This document shows positions 39,001-48,222 of a stretch of 64,000 bases of DNA, piece by piece. The notes under the pieces are model-generated. The model ran no database searches and was not told the DNA's origin. It saw only the letters and a program-made list of their open reading frames with translations. The DNA lies in NCBI GenBank assembly GCA_964291625.2, contig OZ220089.1:1248001-1312000 (forward strand). Direction: 5' to 3'. The DNA comes from Candidatus Latescibacterota bacterium. Its GTDB lineage: Bacteria; Latescibacterota; UBA2968; UBA8231. The position numbers and the translations under genes are program-made. How positions within the stretch are numbered: position 1 is the first letter of the stretch; the number at the start of each line of letters is the position of its first letter.

Positions 39001-42000
39001 CCAGGATTCCCGTGAATCCTTCGTCCACACGCACAGATGAATCTCCACTGATGTGGGGATCCGTGTTGCTTGGCTCCGGCGGTGAAATCGCCGCCTGCAC
39101 CACCTCGGTCTCCTTGGTCAAGGAGATCCCCGTGGAGTGCTTGTCGTCGTAGAGAGCTGTCACCCGGATCTTCTTGCCCACATCGTTGCTCCCCGGAGTG
39201 AAGGTCGGCCCATGATTCGGGTCGTCAGCCTGCCTCGCGGTCCCGTCCTCCGTGGGTGGGGTGAACACCACCCAGGTCCAGTTGACGTTGCGTACTCCGT
39301 CCTCGTCTTCCACCTCCGCGGCAATCTCCTGATCGGCTCGGGGCGGGTCTACGTTTGTCAGATTGATGGAGCCGTTTGGGGGACCGGGACGGTTGTCTGG
39401 GACCACAGGAACATCCGTAGTGGCCGAGGCGGTCTCGCCTGGGGCATGCAAGTCGGTGTACGTGACCTCGGCCCGGATCCGGTATCCGATATCCTCAACC
39501 TTGGGGGTGTAATGCATGCCTCCTCTCTTCACGGTCTTCACAAAGACCCCGGCCACGGTGACTCGTTCCCATGTCCAATCGTGATCACTGAGCGGCACAT
39601 CGGGATCCTCCAGTTCAGCGTTGATCCTGAAATTGACGCGGGGCAGCTCCGTGCCCTCGGCCAGAGACAGCGTCAAGGTGCCGTCCGTGGGATCGGTCCT
39701 GGCCGCCTCTACAGCCACCGTGACGAGCTCTGCCTCAACGCCGGTGCTGTGGTCATCGTCGTAATGAGCCGTAACCCGGATCTTGTGGCCGACATCACTC
39801 AGTCCGGGAGTGTGCGTGGCCTTGAGGGTGGCTCCCTCGGCCTCTCCGTCGTGGATCACTTCAACATCGGCGTCGTCGTCTGCATCAATCCTGTGCCATG
39901 ACCACTTCAGATTTCGGTAAGGGTCTCCTTCGGTGAGGCCGGCCGTCATCTCCGTGCTCATCCTTGGGGGCTTGGAGAAGGTAAGAGAGACCGTCCCGGT
40001 GGAATTCCGGCGATACGAAAAGCTGGCGTCCAACTTGCTGGTGGTGTGTATGCGACTGGATGCGACGGCTCGAAACTGGTAGGACTCCCAGGCCTGGCCA
40101 ACGGAAGGCGGCCCACTGCTCCATGTCAGCACCCCGCTCCTGCTGATCTTGAGATGCTGGGCTACATCCCTCTCCGTGCGATTCTCGATGGACCACTTCA
40201 CCGAAGTGACAGCGTCCCCATCGCTGTCGCTAGCAGAGTAGGTGCCGATGGTGCGATCCTCCCAGTCGCTGTAGTAGAACGGCTCGGTCGTCCCCGAAAC
40301 CGTAATGGCGATGGGGGGACCGGTCGTCCTCCGATACGTGAAGGGATCGCTGTACATGTCAGGATCCCTGACCCGGCCTTCGACCCCATAGGTTCTGCTC
40401 GGGTACAGATCCCAATCGATGAGACGCCCGAGATCTCTGAAGGCGCTATACAGGCTGGCCGGGATACTCTGGCTCCTCCACCGGCCATTGGCGAATCCCG
40501 GATTCCACACCTTCAATCCATCCGAGTCCAGATAGTAGATCCTCCACTCAATGGAGGCGATGTCCGTCTCCGGGCCAATCTTCAGGCGCACAGCGCCCTT
40601 CAGATCTGTCCATGCCTCGGCATCCGGTTCGATGGTAGGAGCTGTCGGGGCCGTCGGCTCAGGGTAATCCGTGACGGTGACCAATACATCTTGAGACCAC
40701 TTCACGAGCAGGGTCCGAGTCTCAACCGCATACAGCACCCTGACTTCGTAAATGTTGTCGCATCGGGAATCGCCAGGGGGGCGGTTGCTCACGCAATTCG
40801 ACTCTCCTTCTGAATTCCGGTCCGTGGGCTTCTCGTAGTCGGGGGCGTCATCGAACGACAGGACTCGGCTGCCACTGAGGACGAAGTCATCGGCATCCTT
40901 TCCCTCCAAACTCCACGTTCCAGTAGTGGGCGTCTGGGAGTACCTGTTGTACGTGCCGATTTGGAGAACGCTATCGTCATCCTCCCTCAGGCTCTTTGCG
41001 TTCGGCCCCGTCACCATGCCGCAGTTTTCGAAGGAGACGGTGCCGTTGTACAGTACCTTTCCGCCACTCTTGAACATGCACAGAGAGCCGGACTTGAAGG
41101 TAGCCCCGTTGACGAACTTCAAGTTGCCCTTGACGACCAGGCCTCTCCACACCGCCTCGTTGGTTGGGCTCTCAGGGCCCATGGTGGTCCCATTGAGGGT
41201 CATGGAAGACCCGTTCTGCACGAAGACCTCCACGCGGTCGGTATGACTTCCGGAGTTGCTCGCGTCCGACTTGGAGGCAACGACCCACTCGGAGCCAGGG
41301 TCCACCACCAGGGTGGCAGCCGGCCGGTCCGCATCAACGGTGATCGAGCCGTCCCCAACAGAGATGTCTCCGTTGATCTCTATCTCGCCCTTCATGGTGT
41401 GCGTACCCTCGTAGAGGGTCAGGCCATCAATCGTGGCCCGGCCACCAGCCTTCACGATCAGGCCATGACTCTCGATGCCGCCCTTGACTCGGTCTCCATC
41501 ATCATTCGTGTACTCCTCCTGGGTAGATCGGAAGGTCACACCCTGACCGATTGCCAGGCGCCCTTCATCCTCGACGACGAAGTCAGACCGGGAGTTGGTG
41601 TCAGGACTCTTGGGATTCAGAAAGTAGACGGTCGAATTGTCAGCGATCGTCAGCACCTCGTCGGCCCCGATGACCACGTCATCCCCGACGTAGATGTCCC
41701 CCGATAACTCGACGCTCGCCACCAGATCGCCACCGAGGTAATTCTTGTAGACGTTGGCTACCGCATGGCCGGACTCTTCGACTCTCACGATGTGGATGTT
41801 GCGTACCGCCAGATATGTGGGGGCGTCCTCGGTGGTGGTTGAGCCGATGTTCCTCTTCAGGAAATGCGAGGCATCCGATGCCCAGTCGGGAGTTCTCCGG
41901 TGAGCTGGATCCCTCAGAGAGAGGTTCGTCGGCAGACTGCCGGGGTTGTCTTGGTAGTACTTCATGGTGGCAATGGTCGTTCTCAGTCCGTTCGGATTGC

Positions 42001-43324
42001 TCGTGTGCATGTCCGCTCCGAAGGGATCCGAGATCAAGTCCAGCCATGGGAACAGCGTGGAGTTGGTGACCTGTATGGACGTAGCCCCACCGGACGTCTG
42101 GGTCAGGGCGTTGGCGATGGACCGTTGGTCTGCCGGGATCAACCTTCTATGCCGGTTGATGTGGGGGTCGCTGCCATTGTAGTCCTCCTTCCACAGGAGG
42201 AGGCCCGGGGGTTCATCCCACTTGAACCATTGGATGTACTTGCCGAAGGAAGTGACAGGGCGGAACTCAAGATACAGCGTTGTGGCCCCGTGACCATAGA
42301 TGTAGTGGTAGTTTCCGGGGGAAGGCAGGATGATCTGGCTTTGGGTCGAGGAGGTGATCTCGGTATGGGTGCCCCACCCAAGTTCCTTCATGTAGAACGG
42401 GTTGAACGGATTCGGGCAGGATTGGGACTGGTACATGTAGGCCAAGGTAGCGTCAGACGGGCTGCCGCCTTGCACCACGGGGCCGTCGGCGCCGGACTGC
42501 ATGGAGCACCAGAACATGAAGTTGGCGCTCTGGAGTTGGTCAATGGGGTCGCTGGTATACGGGTTGGTGTCTTGCGATGTTCCCAGTCCATGATTCAGGC
42601 CAAGAAGGTGTCCCACTTCGTGGACGTTAGTGCCGATACCCGCAAAGCGGCCAGCATCATCATCACTCCCAAGGCGTTCCCCCATCATGTATTGGGCATA
42701 GGACCGAAGATCCGCACGAGGATGAAGGCCCGTATCCACAGAGGTATATCCTGCATAGATGAAACCCAGTTTGTTGGCGGATCTAATGGCTGCTGTAGAC
42801 TCGTCGTTGGGGAGGTCGTAGTCTTCATGGGTGTCTGGGTACCAAGACGCCGTAGACATGGCAGCTGTCAGCGCAGCGTATGCGTCGTCATACAGTTCGG
42901 TGTGGGATTCATCTTCATAGTGGCTCTTGGTGTTTTGGAGTTCGAGCCACACCGGATATCCATCCTCATCTGAAGGATTCAACACGTCGACTTCCACAGT
43001 GAATCTGTTGCCGGCCAAATAGTGGAAGTAGTCCTTGACGCTGCCGTACAGACTTGGCAGTTCCTCGTCGTCGGCTACCGTATGGTCATCCGTCGGACCA
43101 AATCCCTCGCTGCCCTCGCCGAAGAGACGCTCGAAGTCTTCCATCGTGTAGGCGTCATTCCCAGGTTCAGCAGGATTTCCCGACCAACCATGTGGAGGTG
43201 TGTCACTGAACCGGACCAGCGCGATATAGAGATTGGTGTTGGCATCGAAGTAGTCCGACTGTGCATCAGGCGGGATGGGCAAGAGACAGGAGACGACGGC
43301 GAAGAACCTTGAGACTCGGATCAT
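36050..43324 (-). CDS. Giant secreted M6-like (immune inhibitor A-like) zinc metalloprotease with cadherin-like, Ig-like and FN3 repeats and FlgD/T9SS-like tail
   Basis: Signal peptide. ALVRFSD, GSVKDYF, HEVGHLLGLNH, Met-turn WCSMQSG, KELGW. Cadherin PDYE/PDFE/PNYE motifs, several FN3 domains, tail APNPFNAET...SGIYLYRL...GKMVMLR. Confidence 0.88.
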   Translation of the reverse strand: MIRVSRFFAVVSCLLPIPPDAQSDYFDANTNLYIALVRFSDTPPHGWSGNPAEPGNDAYTMEDFERLFGEGSEGFGPTDDHTVADDEELPSLYGSVKDYFHYLAGNRFTVEVDVLNPSDEDGYPVWLELQNTKSHYEDESHTELYDDAYAALTAAMSTASWYPDTHEDYDLPNDESTAAIRSANKLGFIYAGYTSVDTGLHPRADLRSYAQYMMGERLGSDDDAGRFAGIGTNVHEVGHLLGLNHGLGTSQDTNPYTSDPIDQLQSANFMFWCSMQSGADGPVVQGGSPSDATLAYMYQSQSCPNPFNPFYMKELGWGTHTEITSSTQSQIILPSPGNYHYIYGHGATTLYLEFRPVTSFGKYIQWFKWDEPPGLLLWKEDYNGSDPHINRHRRLIPADQRSIANALTQTSGGATSIQVTNSTLFPWLDLISDPFGADMHTSNPNGLRTTIATMKYYQDNPGSLPTNLSLRDPAHRRTPDWASDASHFLKRNIGSTTTEDAPTYLAVRNIHIVRVEESGHAVANVYKNYLGGDLVASVELSGDIYVGDDVVIGADEVLTIADNSTVYFLNPKSPDTNSRSDFVVEDEGRLAIGQGVTFRSTQEEYTNDDGDRVKGGIESHGLIVKAGGRATIDGLTLYEGTHTMKGEIEINGDISVGDGSITVDADRPAATLVVDPGSEWVVASKSDASNSGSHTDRVEVFVQNGSSMTLNGTTMGPESPTNEAVWRGLVVKGNLKFVNGATFKSGSLCMFKSGGKVLYNGTVSFENCGMVTGPNAKSLREDDDSVLQIGTYNRYSQTPTTGTWSLEGKDADDFVLSGSRVLSFDDAPDYEKPTDRNSEGESNCVSNRPPGDSRCDNIYEVRVLYAVETRTLLVKWSQDVLVTVTDYPEPTAPTAPTIEPDAEAWTDLKGAVRLKIGPETDIASIEWRIYYLDSDGLKVWNPGFANGRWRSQSIPASLYSAFRDLGRLIDWDLYPSRTYGVEGRVRDPDMYSDPFTYRRTTGPPIAITVSGTTEPFYYSDWEDRTIGTYSASDSDGDAVTSVKWSIENRTERDVAQHLKISRSGVLTWSSGPPSVGQAWESYQFRAVASSRIHTTSKLDASFSYRRNSTGTVSLTFSKPPRMSTEMTAGLTEGDPYRNLKWSWHRIDADDDADVEVIHDGEAEGATLKATHTPGLSDVGHKIRVTAHYDDDHSTGVEAELVTVAVEAARTDPTDGTLTLSLAEGTELPRVNFRINAELEDPDVPLSDHDWTWERVTVAGVFVKTVKRGGMHYTPKVEDIGYRIRAEVTYTDLHAPGETASATTDVPVVPDNRPGPPNGSINLTNVDPPRADQEIAAEVEDEDGVRNVNWTWVVFTPPTEDGTARQADDPNHGPTFTPGSNDVGKKIRVTALYDDKHSTGISLTKETEVVQAAISPPEPSNTDPHISGDSSVRVDEGFTGILDTYIGSDEDLGDEVSWLVMTGTDAALFDLADPDDDDDTDRRVSRTLSFDSAPDFEHKATYNVKLRVSDRHDARDTKAVTVHLNNLDEAGSIRFPDIPKTCVDGIRATLTDPDGGISFADPPPDKTYGWQWRIQDSPPEGGDAPAPVSVEEVYEPKNRDAGKTLHVTAKYEDAQGPLKTAAGSSITIEANVPRKPTALTATTGQNRVRLSWTAADDCGKALTRYEYRYRRQGTSSWTTKLLRNGSATSLTVTGLAHETTYDFELRASNRSDDDEGYGARTSVSATTPPEANVGPVLTEVTRRDVREATEVIAGVYRGTDANGDAITWSLLGEDRSSFDLADVEGHSDRRRLEFRTTPNYEVKSTYDVDIKITEVTSEQLSDTIERTVNVLNGPDPGSISFSPASPQACRNVTAILTDEDGGITMRGEDEPDDFEYGFFWEKESASQAASVSQPSGQTLAGSKDLDGTWAGKRIRVTAKYGDNYSDRNEAEARSVGVRSDVPKRPPGFTADSSDDERGTIALSWKAPDNCGETIDYYQYSYKKDSETEWVRDTTTNRSVTLTGLDDDTDYDVSVRAHNNDGFGSSASTSATTIEPVNTPGTLTIDPRTPQAGTGFTLTVTDPDGVSLTSFGWNDVDASDTESSSRAQSERSNSSSLDFSTPTLAVGKRIKGFVDYTDAFGPGQYASVLSNVVVAGVPTVPRSVDASRGDEEVTLGWEAPGDDRGSKITGYDYNYKIDGGSWLSTDENTSSTSVTITGLTNGSLYHFRVRARNPVGTSGYVTDTATPAGVPDAPSGFSHGRSSATSVTVSWDEPEDNGADITGYFWYKRQGPMWSAPIWVTHTEFTDDNSLNTRSHRYGFRAKNPVGESSMSEYTVPAEERSAGSKPVADWADSVGFGVMAAPNPFNAETMITLSLPEEMAVTLTVHSITGQMIAKLHESEMLKAGVHTIRWRGRDEQGRFSGSGIYLYRLIGGSQVRVGKMVMLR

Positions 43325-44151
43325 CGGTAGGTGCCTCCTTTTACCTGACCCCATGAAGATTTGTTGGTGGCACCTGTGCCGTGGTCGTGCCGCATCAGGC
43401 CTTCGTTGTTATTGGCTTCATTGCGACTTATCTCTCTATACGCATCTCCGGAGTCGGAAGATCTTGATTCACTTCCTCTTCCGTCCCTACTAGTGGGGGG
43501 CTCAAGCAACCGTGCTTCTTCAGAACTAAGGTTGTTGATGAACGACGAGTAATCAGATTCGAGGTCAACGGTCTCGAGAACAGTCCACATGCCATATCCG
43601 CGGAGGAAGGATACATAGCGAGAGTACTCGGGATTGGATATATCCTGCATTGAGGATCCATAGAAGCGGAAAGAGGATTTGTACACTGCCTTCGTAGAAA
43701 GCCAATCCGTGCGAGTCACTTCCGTGTCGCCCTCGGCGTTCGATGGATCGACCGCATATGTTTCCTTCACGCCTTCATCTACTACCGATATCTCCTCAAA
43801 CCTGAATAGCGGATACTCCGAGGTACCGTCATATACCATGAGGGAGTCCCCGTCCCACCGGACCTTCCTGCCAAAGAGGGAGTGAGGGGGAGCAGGGTTC
43901 GGATCCGGGTAGAAGTCGTTGAAGACGTAGTACGTCTTTCCCTCAATCACTTGGGTGCTCGTGATGCGAAGGGTCACAGTTCGGTTTTCTCGGACTGCTT
44001 CCGATGCTGCTCGATGGTCGAGATTCTCATGGTATGAGTATCTGTACTTCCATGAGTTGCCGACGTTCAGAGGCAAGTAGTCCGAGAGATCGGAGTACGC
44101 GGGAGCCGCGACGGCGCATGCGGTGAGCACTGCCAGGACAAGGTGAGTCAT
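43321..44151 (-). CDS. Secreted LPLNVGNSW protein, paralog 1
   Basis: Signal peptide, DYLPLNVGNSW, C-term SSWGQVKGGTYR; ATGA overlap with the protease. Confidence 0.8.
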   Translation of the reverse strand: MTHLVLAVLTACAVAAPAYSDLSDYLPLNVGNSWKYRYSYHENLDHRAASEAVRENRTVTLRITSTQVIEGKTYYVFNDFYPDPNPAPPHSLFGRKVRWDGDSLMVYDGTSEYPLFRFEEISVVDEGVKETYAVDPSNAEGDTEVTRTDWLSTKAVYKSSFRFYGSSMQDISNPEYSRYVSFLRGYGMWTVLETVDLESDYSSFINNLSSEEARLLEPPTSRDGRGSESRSSDSGDAYREISRNEANNNEGLMRHDHGTGATNKSSWGQVKGGTYR

Positions 44152-44200
44152 GGTTGGTCTCCTTCCAATGGGATGAGTCTGCACAGCGGGATATCGGGAT

Positions 44201-45561
44201 GTAACCGTTCAGTCCCCTACGGTTGCGTCCACATGTTGAAAAGTCGCTGTTCTGATTTGGCCTTTGTGGGTATCTTGGGACCGGTTGTTGGCACAGCGTC
44301 CTCCTCCGGGCAAAGCCGTGGAGAGTCCCCCTCAGATTTCGGTGTCCGACCGCGATGGCAGCGCACGCCGCGGGCCGTGCAGGAGTTGGTGGTCCGCTTG
44401 GGGGAGCGGGTGGCGCACCTGGAGCAGGTCGTGGAGCAACAGGCCGCCCGCCTCTCGGCCCTGGAGCAGGAACTGGCCCGCCGCCAGGGCCGAGGCCGCC
44501 GCGGCGCCCAGGCCTCGGCCTCCTCGGACCCCAGCGACCGCCCCCGCCGGCGGCGATCCTCGGGACGTTCGCCGGGCGGCCAGCCGGGGCACGAAGGCCA
44601 GGGCCGATCGTTGATGCCGGCCGAGCGCGTGGATCAGTGGATCCCGGTCAAGCCCCGCGCCTGCCACCGATGCGGGCAGGGGCTCACGGGCGAGGTCCCC
44701 CATCCGCGGCGTCACCAGCAGGTCGTAATCCCGCCGGTGCGAGCCGAGGTCCTCGAGTATCAGTTGCACACGCTGCGTTGTCCGGCCTGCGACGGGCTGA
44801 CCGAAGCCGACGGGCCCGCGGGGGTGTCCCGGCGCACCTTCGGGCCCAGCGTGCAGGCCTGGGTCAGCCTGTTGGCCGGCGCGTATCGCTTGAGTCATCG
44901 CAACATCGTGGCCCTGTTGGCCGACGCCTTTGGCGTCGAGCTGTCGGTGGGCACGGTCAGCTCGTTGCAGCAAGAGGTGTCGGCGGCGCTGGCCGCGCCG
45001 GTGCAAGAAGCCGGCGCCTACGTTCGCCAACAGCCCCGAGTCAACATGGACGAGACGGGCTGGCGGCAGCGCCGCGCCCGGGCCTGGTTGTGGACCGCGG
45101 TGACAGAGGGCGTCTCGGTCTTCGCCATTCGCCCCAGCCGCGGCCGGGAGGTGGTCGAGGAGTTGCTCGGCGCCGACAGCCCGACGGTGGTCGGCTCGGA
45201 TCGCTACTCGGCCTACGGGCATCGGCCGCCGACGCGCCGGCAAGTGTGCTGGGCCCACCTGCGACGCACCTTCGAGGACTTCTCGGCCCGCGCCGGCCCG
45301 GCCGCCGACGTCGGCCAGCAGTTGCTGGAATCCACCGATCAGATGTTTGCCGGGTGGCATCGAGTGCGCGACGGCACCCTGCAACGCTCCAGCTTCCAGG
45401 TCTATGTCAGCACTCTGCGTGGGCGCGTTCGTCTGGCCTTGTGGTTTGGGCAGCAGTTCGCCGATGCCTCGACCGCGGCCACCTGCGCCAACCTCCTCGA
45501 CTTGGAGCCGGCGCTGTGGACCTTCGCCCGCCGGGAAGGCGTGGAGCCGACGAACAACGAG
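44201..45561 (+). mobile_element. IS66-family (single-ORF ISBst12-like) element, frameshifted and 3'-truncated
   Basis: Left end GTAACCGTTCAG. GGQPGHEG, CxxC zinc fingers, MDETGW, SDRYSAY, QVCWAHL, EPTNNE, then an abrupt end. 1-bp shift near 44356. Confidence 0.9.
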
Positions 45562-45657
45562 GTTGGTGTTAGCGGCGTAGGTCTCATTCAACTGGGCACC
45601 CGCGGGAATACACCAAAGTGCGATACTGGCGACAAGGAAACCTGGCCATCGACTCAC
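45562..45657 (-). pseudogene. N-terminal stub of M6 protease paralog 2
   Basis: MSRWPGFLVASIALWCIPAGAQLNETYAANTNL matches DANTNLY of the intact protease; GTGA overlap with paralog 2. Confidence 0.75.
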
Positions 45658-46493
45658 CGGTAGGCTCCTCTCTCCTTAATGAGGCCCCACGAAGAGGAGG
45701 AAGTTCCTGTCGTGTGGTTGTGCAACATCAAGCCTTCTGTTCCTGCGTCATACCTGCGACCGTAGTCTATTTCCAGGTAAGCGTCCTCCTCATCAGAAGG
45801 CCCCGACGAGTGAGATGTGTCCTCCTCCTGTTCAGACGAGGGGTATCGAAGACGCGCTGCCTCCGGGTACAAGGAGTGAGTAAACGATTCATAGTCGTTC
45901 CCACTGTACTCAACCCACTCTCCGGATATGGCCATTCCGAATCCGCGAAGAAAGGTGACATGGCGCGTGTATTCAGGATTGTGTATGTCCCTAAAGGACG
46001 AACCAAGAAACCAGAAGACGTTGGTATGGAATCCCGTAGGCCCACTAAGCCGGGCATGTCGGTTCACTGACGTGTCGTCATCGACTGACGGATCAAGAGA
46101 GTACGTCTCCCAAACCGATTGTTCTGGTACCGATGCCTCCGTGAATCTGTATAGCGGGTACTCGGAGGTGCCGGCGTGCACCATGAGGGAGTCACCTTGC
46201 CAGCGAACCTTCTTTCCGAATAGCGTGTGAGCAGGAGCGGGGCGGGTCCCTGACATTTCGTTAAAGACAAAGTATGTCTTCCCGTCGATTTCCCGCGTAC
46301 GGGAGATGCCGAGAGTCACGGTCTGGACTTCATGGACTGCCTCTGATGCGCTTCGGCTGCCGAGTTTTTCGTAGTAGAGATGCGTATACGTCCACCGGTT
46401 GCCGACATTCAGCGGCAAGAAGTCGGACAGGTCCGAGAGCACGGGAGCCATGGTGGTCCCTACGATCAGCAACGCAAAGATGATGCGAGCCAT
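45654..46493 (-). CDS. Secreted LPLNVGNRW protein, paralog 2
   Basis: DFLPLNVGNRW, HTLFGKKVRW, FLRGFGM, SSWGLIKERGAYR. Confidence 0.8.
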   Translation of the reverse strand: MARIIFALLIVGTTMAPVLSDLSDFLPLNVGNRWTYTHLYYEKLGSRSASEAVHEVQTVTLGISRTREIDGKTYFVFNEMSGTRPAPAHTLFGKKVRWQGDSLMVHAGTSEYPLYRFTEASVPEQSVWETYSLDPSVDDDTSVNRHARLSGPTGFHTNVFWFLGSSFRDIHNPEYTRHVTFLRGFGMAISGEWVEYSGNDYESFTHSLYPEAARLRYPSSEQEEDTSHSSGPSDEEDAYLEIDYGRRYDAGTEGLMLHNHTTGTSSSSWGLIKERGAYR

Positions 46494-46605
46494 GGTTGGT
46501 CTCCTTCCAATGGCACGAGTGTGCAGGACGGGATGTCGGGGGTATCGGCTCAGTAGGCTCACTTCGGATTCAGGCCCACCACAGATCACACAGAGCCCTG
46601 CTCCT
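46490..46605 (-). pseudogene. Degenerate 3' tail of leishmanolysin-like peptidase paralog 2
   Basis: Shares CTGTGGTGGGCCT..ATCCGAAG..AGCCTAC...CCATTGGAAGGAGACCAACCATG with 48219-48335. Confidence 0.75.
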
Positions 46606-46642
46606 GGAATCATCGATGAGGTTCCCTTTCCTTTTTTCCGGG

Positions 46643-47112
46643 GTAGAGTCGGGATGTGGCGCGGTAGTGTAGGCCCGGCCTATCTGTTTCCAGCCCTTTC
46701 GTCCGCCGGTGCCTCAATAGCCGGACGCTGCCCCGTTTCCACACCCCGCTCATCGAACCGGACGTGCGGATTGCCCGCATCCGGCTCTCGGACGAGATCA
46801 TGCCTTCGCCCACGGAAAACCGGTCGTGCGCGGTACAAGGCGGGTGAGCCCACAGTCGTGCCAGAGACGCTCGTCCGAGAATCGCACGTGGTTTCCGGTC
46901 CTCACCTTGTGCTTCCGACACAGCCACTGGCGCAACCGTCGGGTCCCGTGCCGGTCCACGGCGGCATAGGCCGGGCTGACCTGACCCAGAATGAAGTAGT
47001 TCGTCCACCCGGCCAAGAGCCGGTTGAGGCGGCCTACGAGCATCTCCGGGGACAGCCATCCGGACCTCCGCGCGGTCAGCTCCCTGAGCCGGCGGCAGAG
47101 GCTTTGGACGCT
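46643..47112 (-). mobile_element. Group II intron 3' remnant (maturase domain X, domains V and VI)
   Basis: LNRLLAGWTNYF...RLRQWLCRKHK...PWAKA stop. DV GAGCCGGATGCGGGCAATCCGCACGTCCGGTTC (46787-46755). 3' end CGACTCTAC. Confidence 0.92.
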
Positions 47113-47397
47113 CGTACCGTACAGATTCGGCAGTTCCTCGTCGTCGGCGACCGTATGATCATCTGTCGGCCCAAAGCCCTCCGTACCCTCTCCAAAGAGC
47201 CGCTCGAAGTCCTCCATCGTGTAGGCATCGTCTCCGGCCTCGGCAGGAGTGCCGGACCATCCGTGAGGCGATGATCCAGCGAAGTCGATCAGTGCGATGT
47301 AAAGGTTGGTGTTGGCCGCGTAGGTTCGGTCCAACTGTGAACTGGCAGAGGTGCAAGCAGACAAGACGAGGAGGGAGACGGCCGCGAAGCGGATCAT
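47113..47397 (-). pseudogene. N-terminal fragment of M6 protease paralog 3, fused in frame to the intron maturase remnant
   Basis: ANTNLYIAL...AYTMEDFERLFGEG.EGFGPTDDHTVADDEELP.LYG is shared with the intact protease. Confidence 0.85.
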
Positions 47398-48222
47398 CAG
47401 TTCATCTCCCTTTCCTTTATCCGGCCCCAGGAAGACGAGGACGTATCTGTGGTGTGTTCGTGCAACATCAACCCCTCACCGTCGGGCGTCATAGTATTCG
47501 ATCTCCCTGTAGGTGCCCGACTCGGAAGACCCGGATGAAGATCTCGACTCTTCATCCTCATGGGAGGAAGGCTCAAGCAACCGGGCCGCCTTAGGTTCCA
47601 GTATATTGATGAACGACGAGTAGTCATCCCCTGGGTCAACGAACTCTCCAGACAGGGCCATGCCGTATCCGCGAAGGAATTTTACATACCGGCGGTATTC
47701 GGGATTCTCTACGTCCATCATGGATGAACCGTAGAATCGGAAGGTGACATGGTAAGTGCCATTGTAGCCGGAGAGCCAATCGCTGCGGGCCACTTCTGTG
47801 TCGCCTTCGGCCTTCAATGGATCAACGGAGTACCTTTCCTCGATCCATTCATCTACTTCGGAGATCTCCGCAAACCTGAACAGCGGATAGTCAGAGGTGC
47901 CGTCATGCACCATGAGGGAGTCCCCCTCCCACCGTACTTTCTTGCCGAACAAGGTGTGCGGAGGAGCGTCACGCGTTCCTGGGAAGTCGGTGAAGACGTA
48001 GTAGGTTTCTCCGTCGATGACCTGCGTACGGGAGATCCGAAGGGTGACGGGTTGGGATTCCTGCACTGCGTCCGTTGGCGCTCGGCGGTTGAGGTTTTCA
48101 TAGTACCCATGGGAGTACGTCCATGAGTTGCCGACGTTCAGAGGCAAGTAGTCCGAGAGATCGGAGTACGCGGGAGCCGCGACGGCGCATGCGGTGAGCA
48201 CTGCCAGGATAAGGTGAGTCAT
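47397..48222 (-). CDS. Secreted LPLNVGNSW protein, paralog 3 (frameshift near 47485 detaches the SSWGRIK tail)
   Basis: DYLPLNVGNSW...REIEYYDAR in one frame; GEGLMLHEH...SSWGRIKEREMN in another. Confidence 0.75.

Noticed and set aside
43321-48222. Diversity-generating retroelement (RT-like remnant beside variable paralogs)
   Set aside because: Differences between paralogs are not restricted to adenines (e.g. TCA/GGG, CAT/TAT). No RT core or TR/VR pair is present. The remnant has group II intron DV/DVI.
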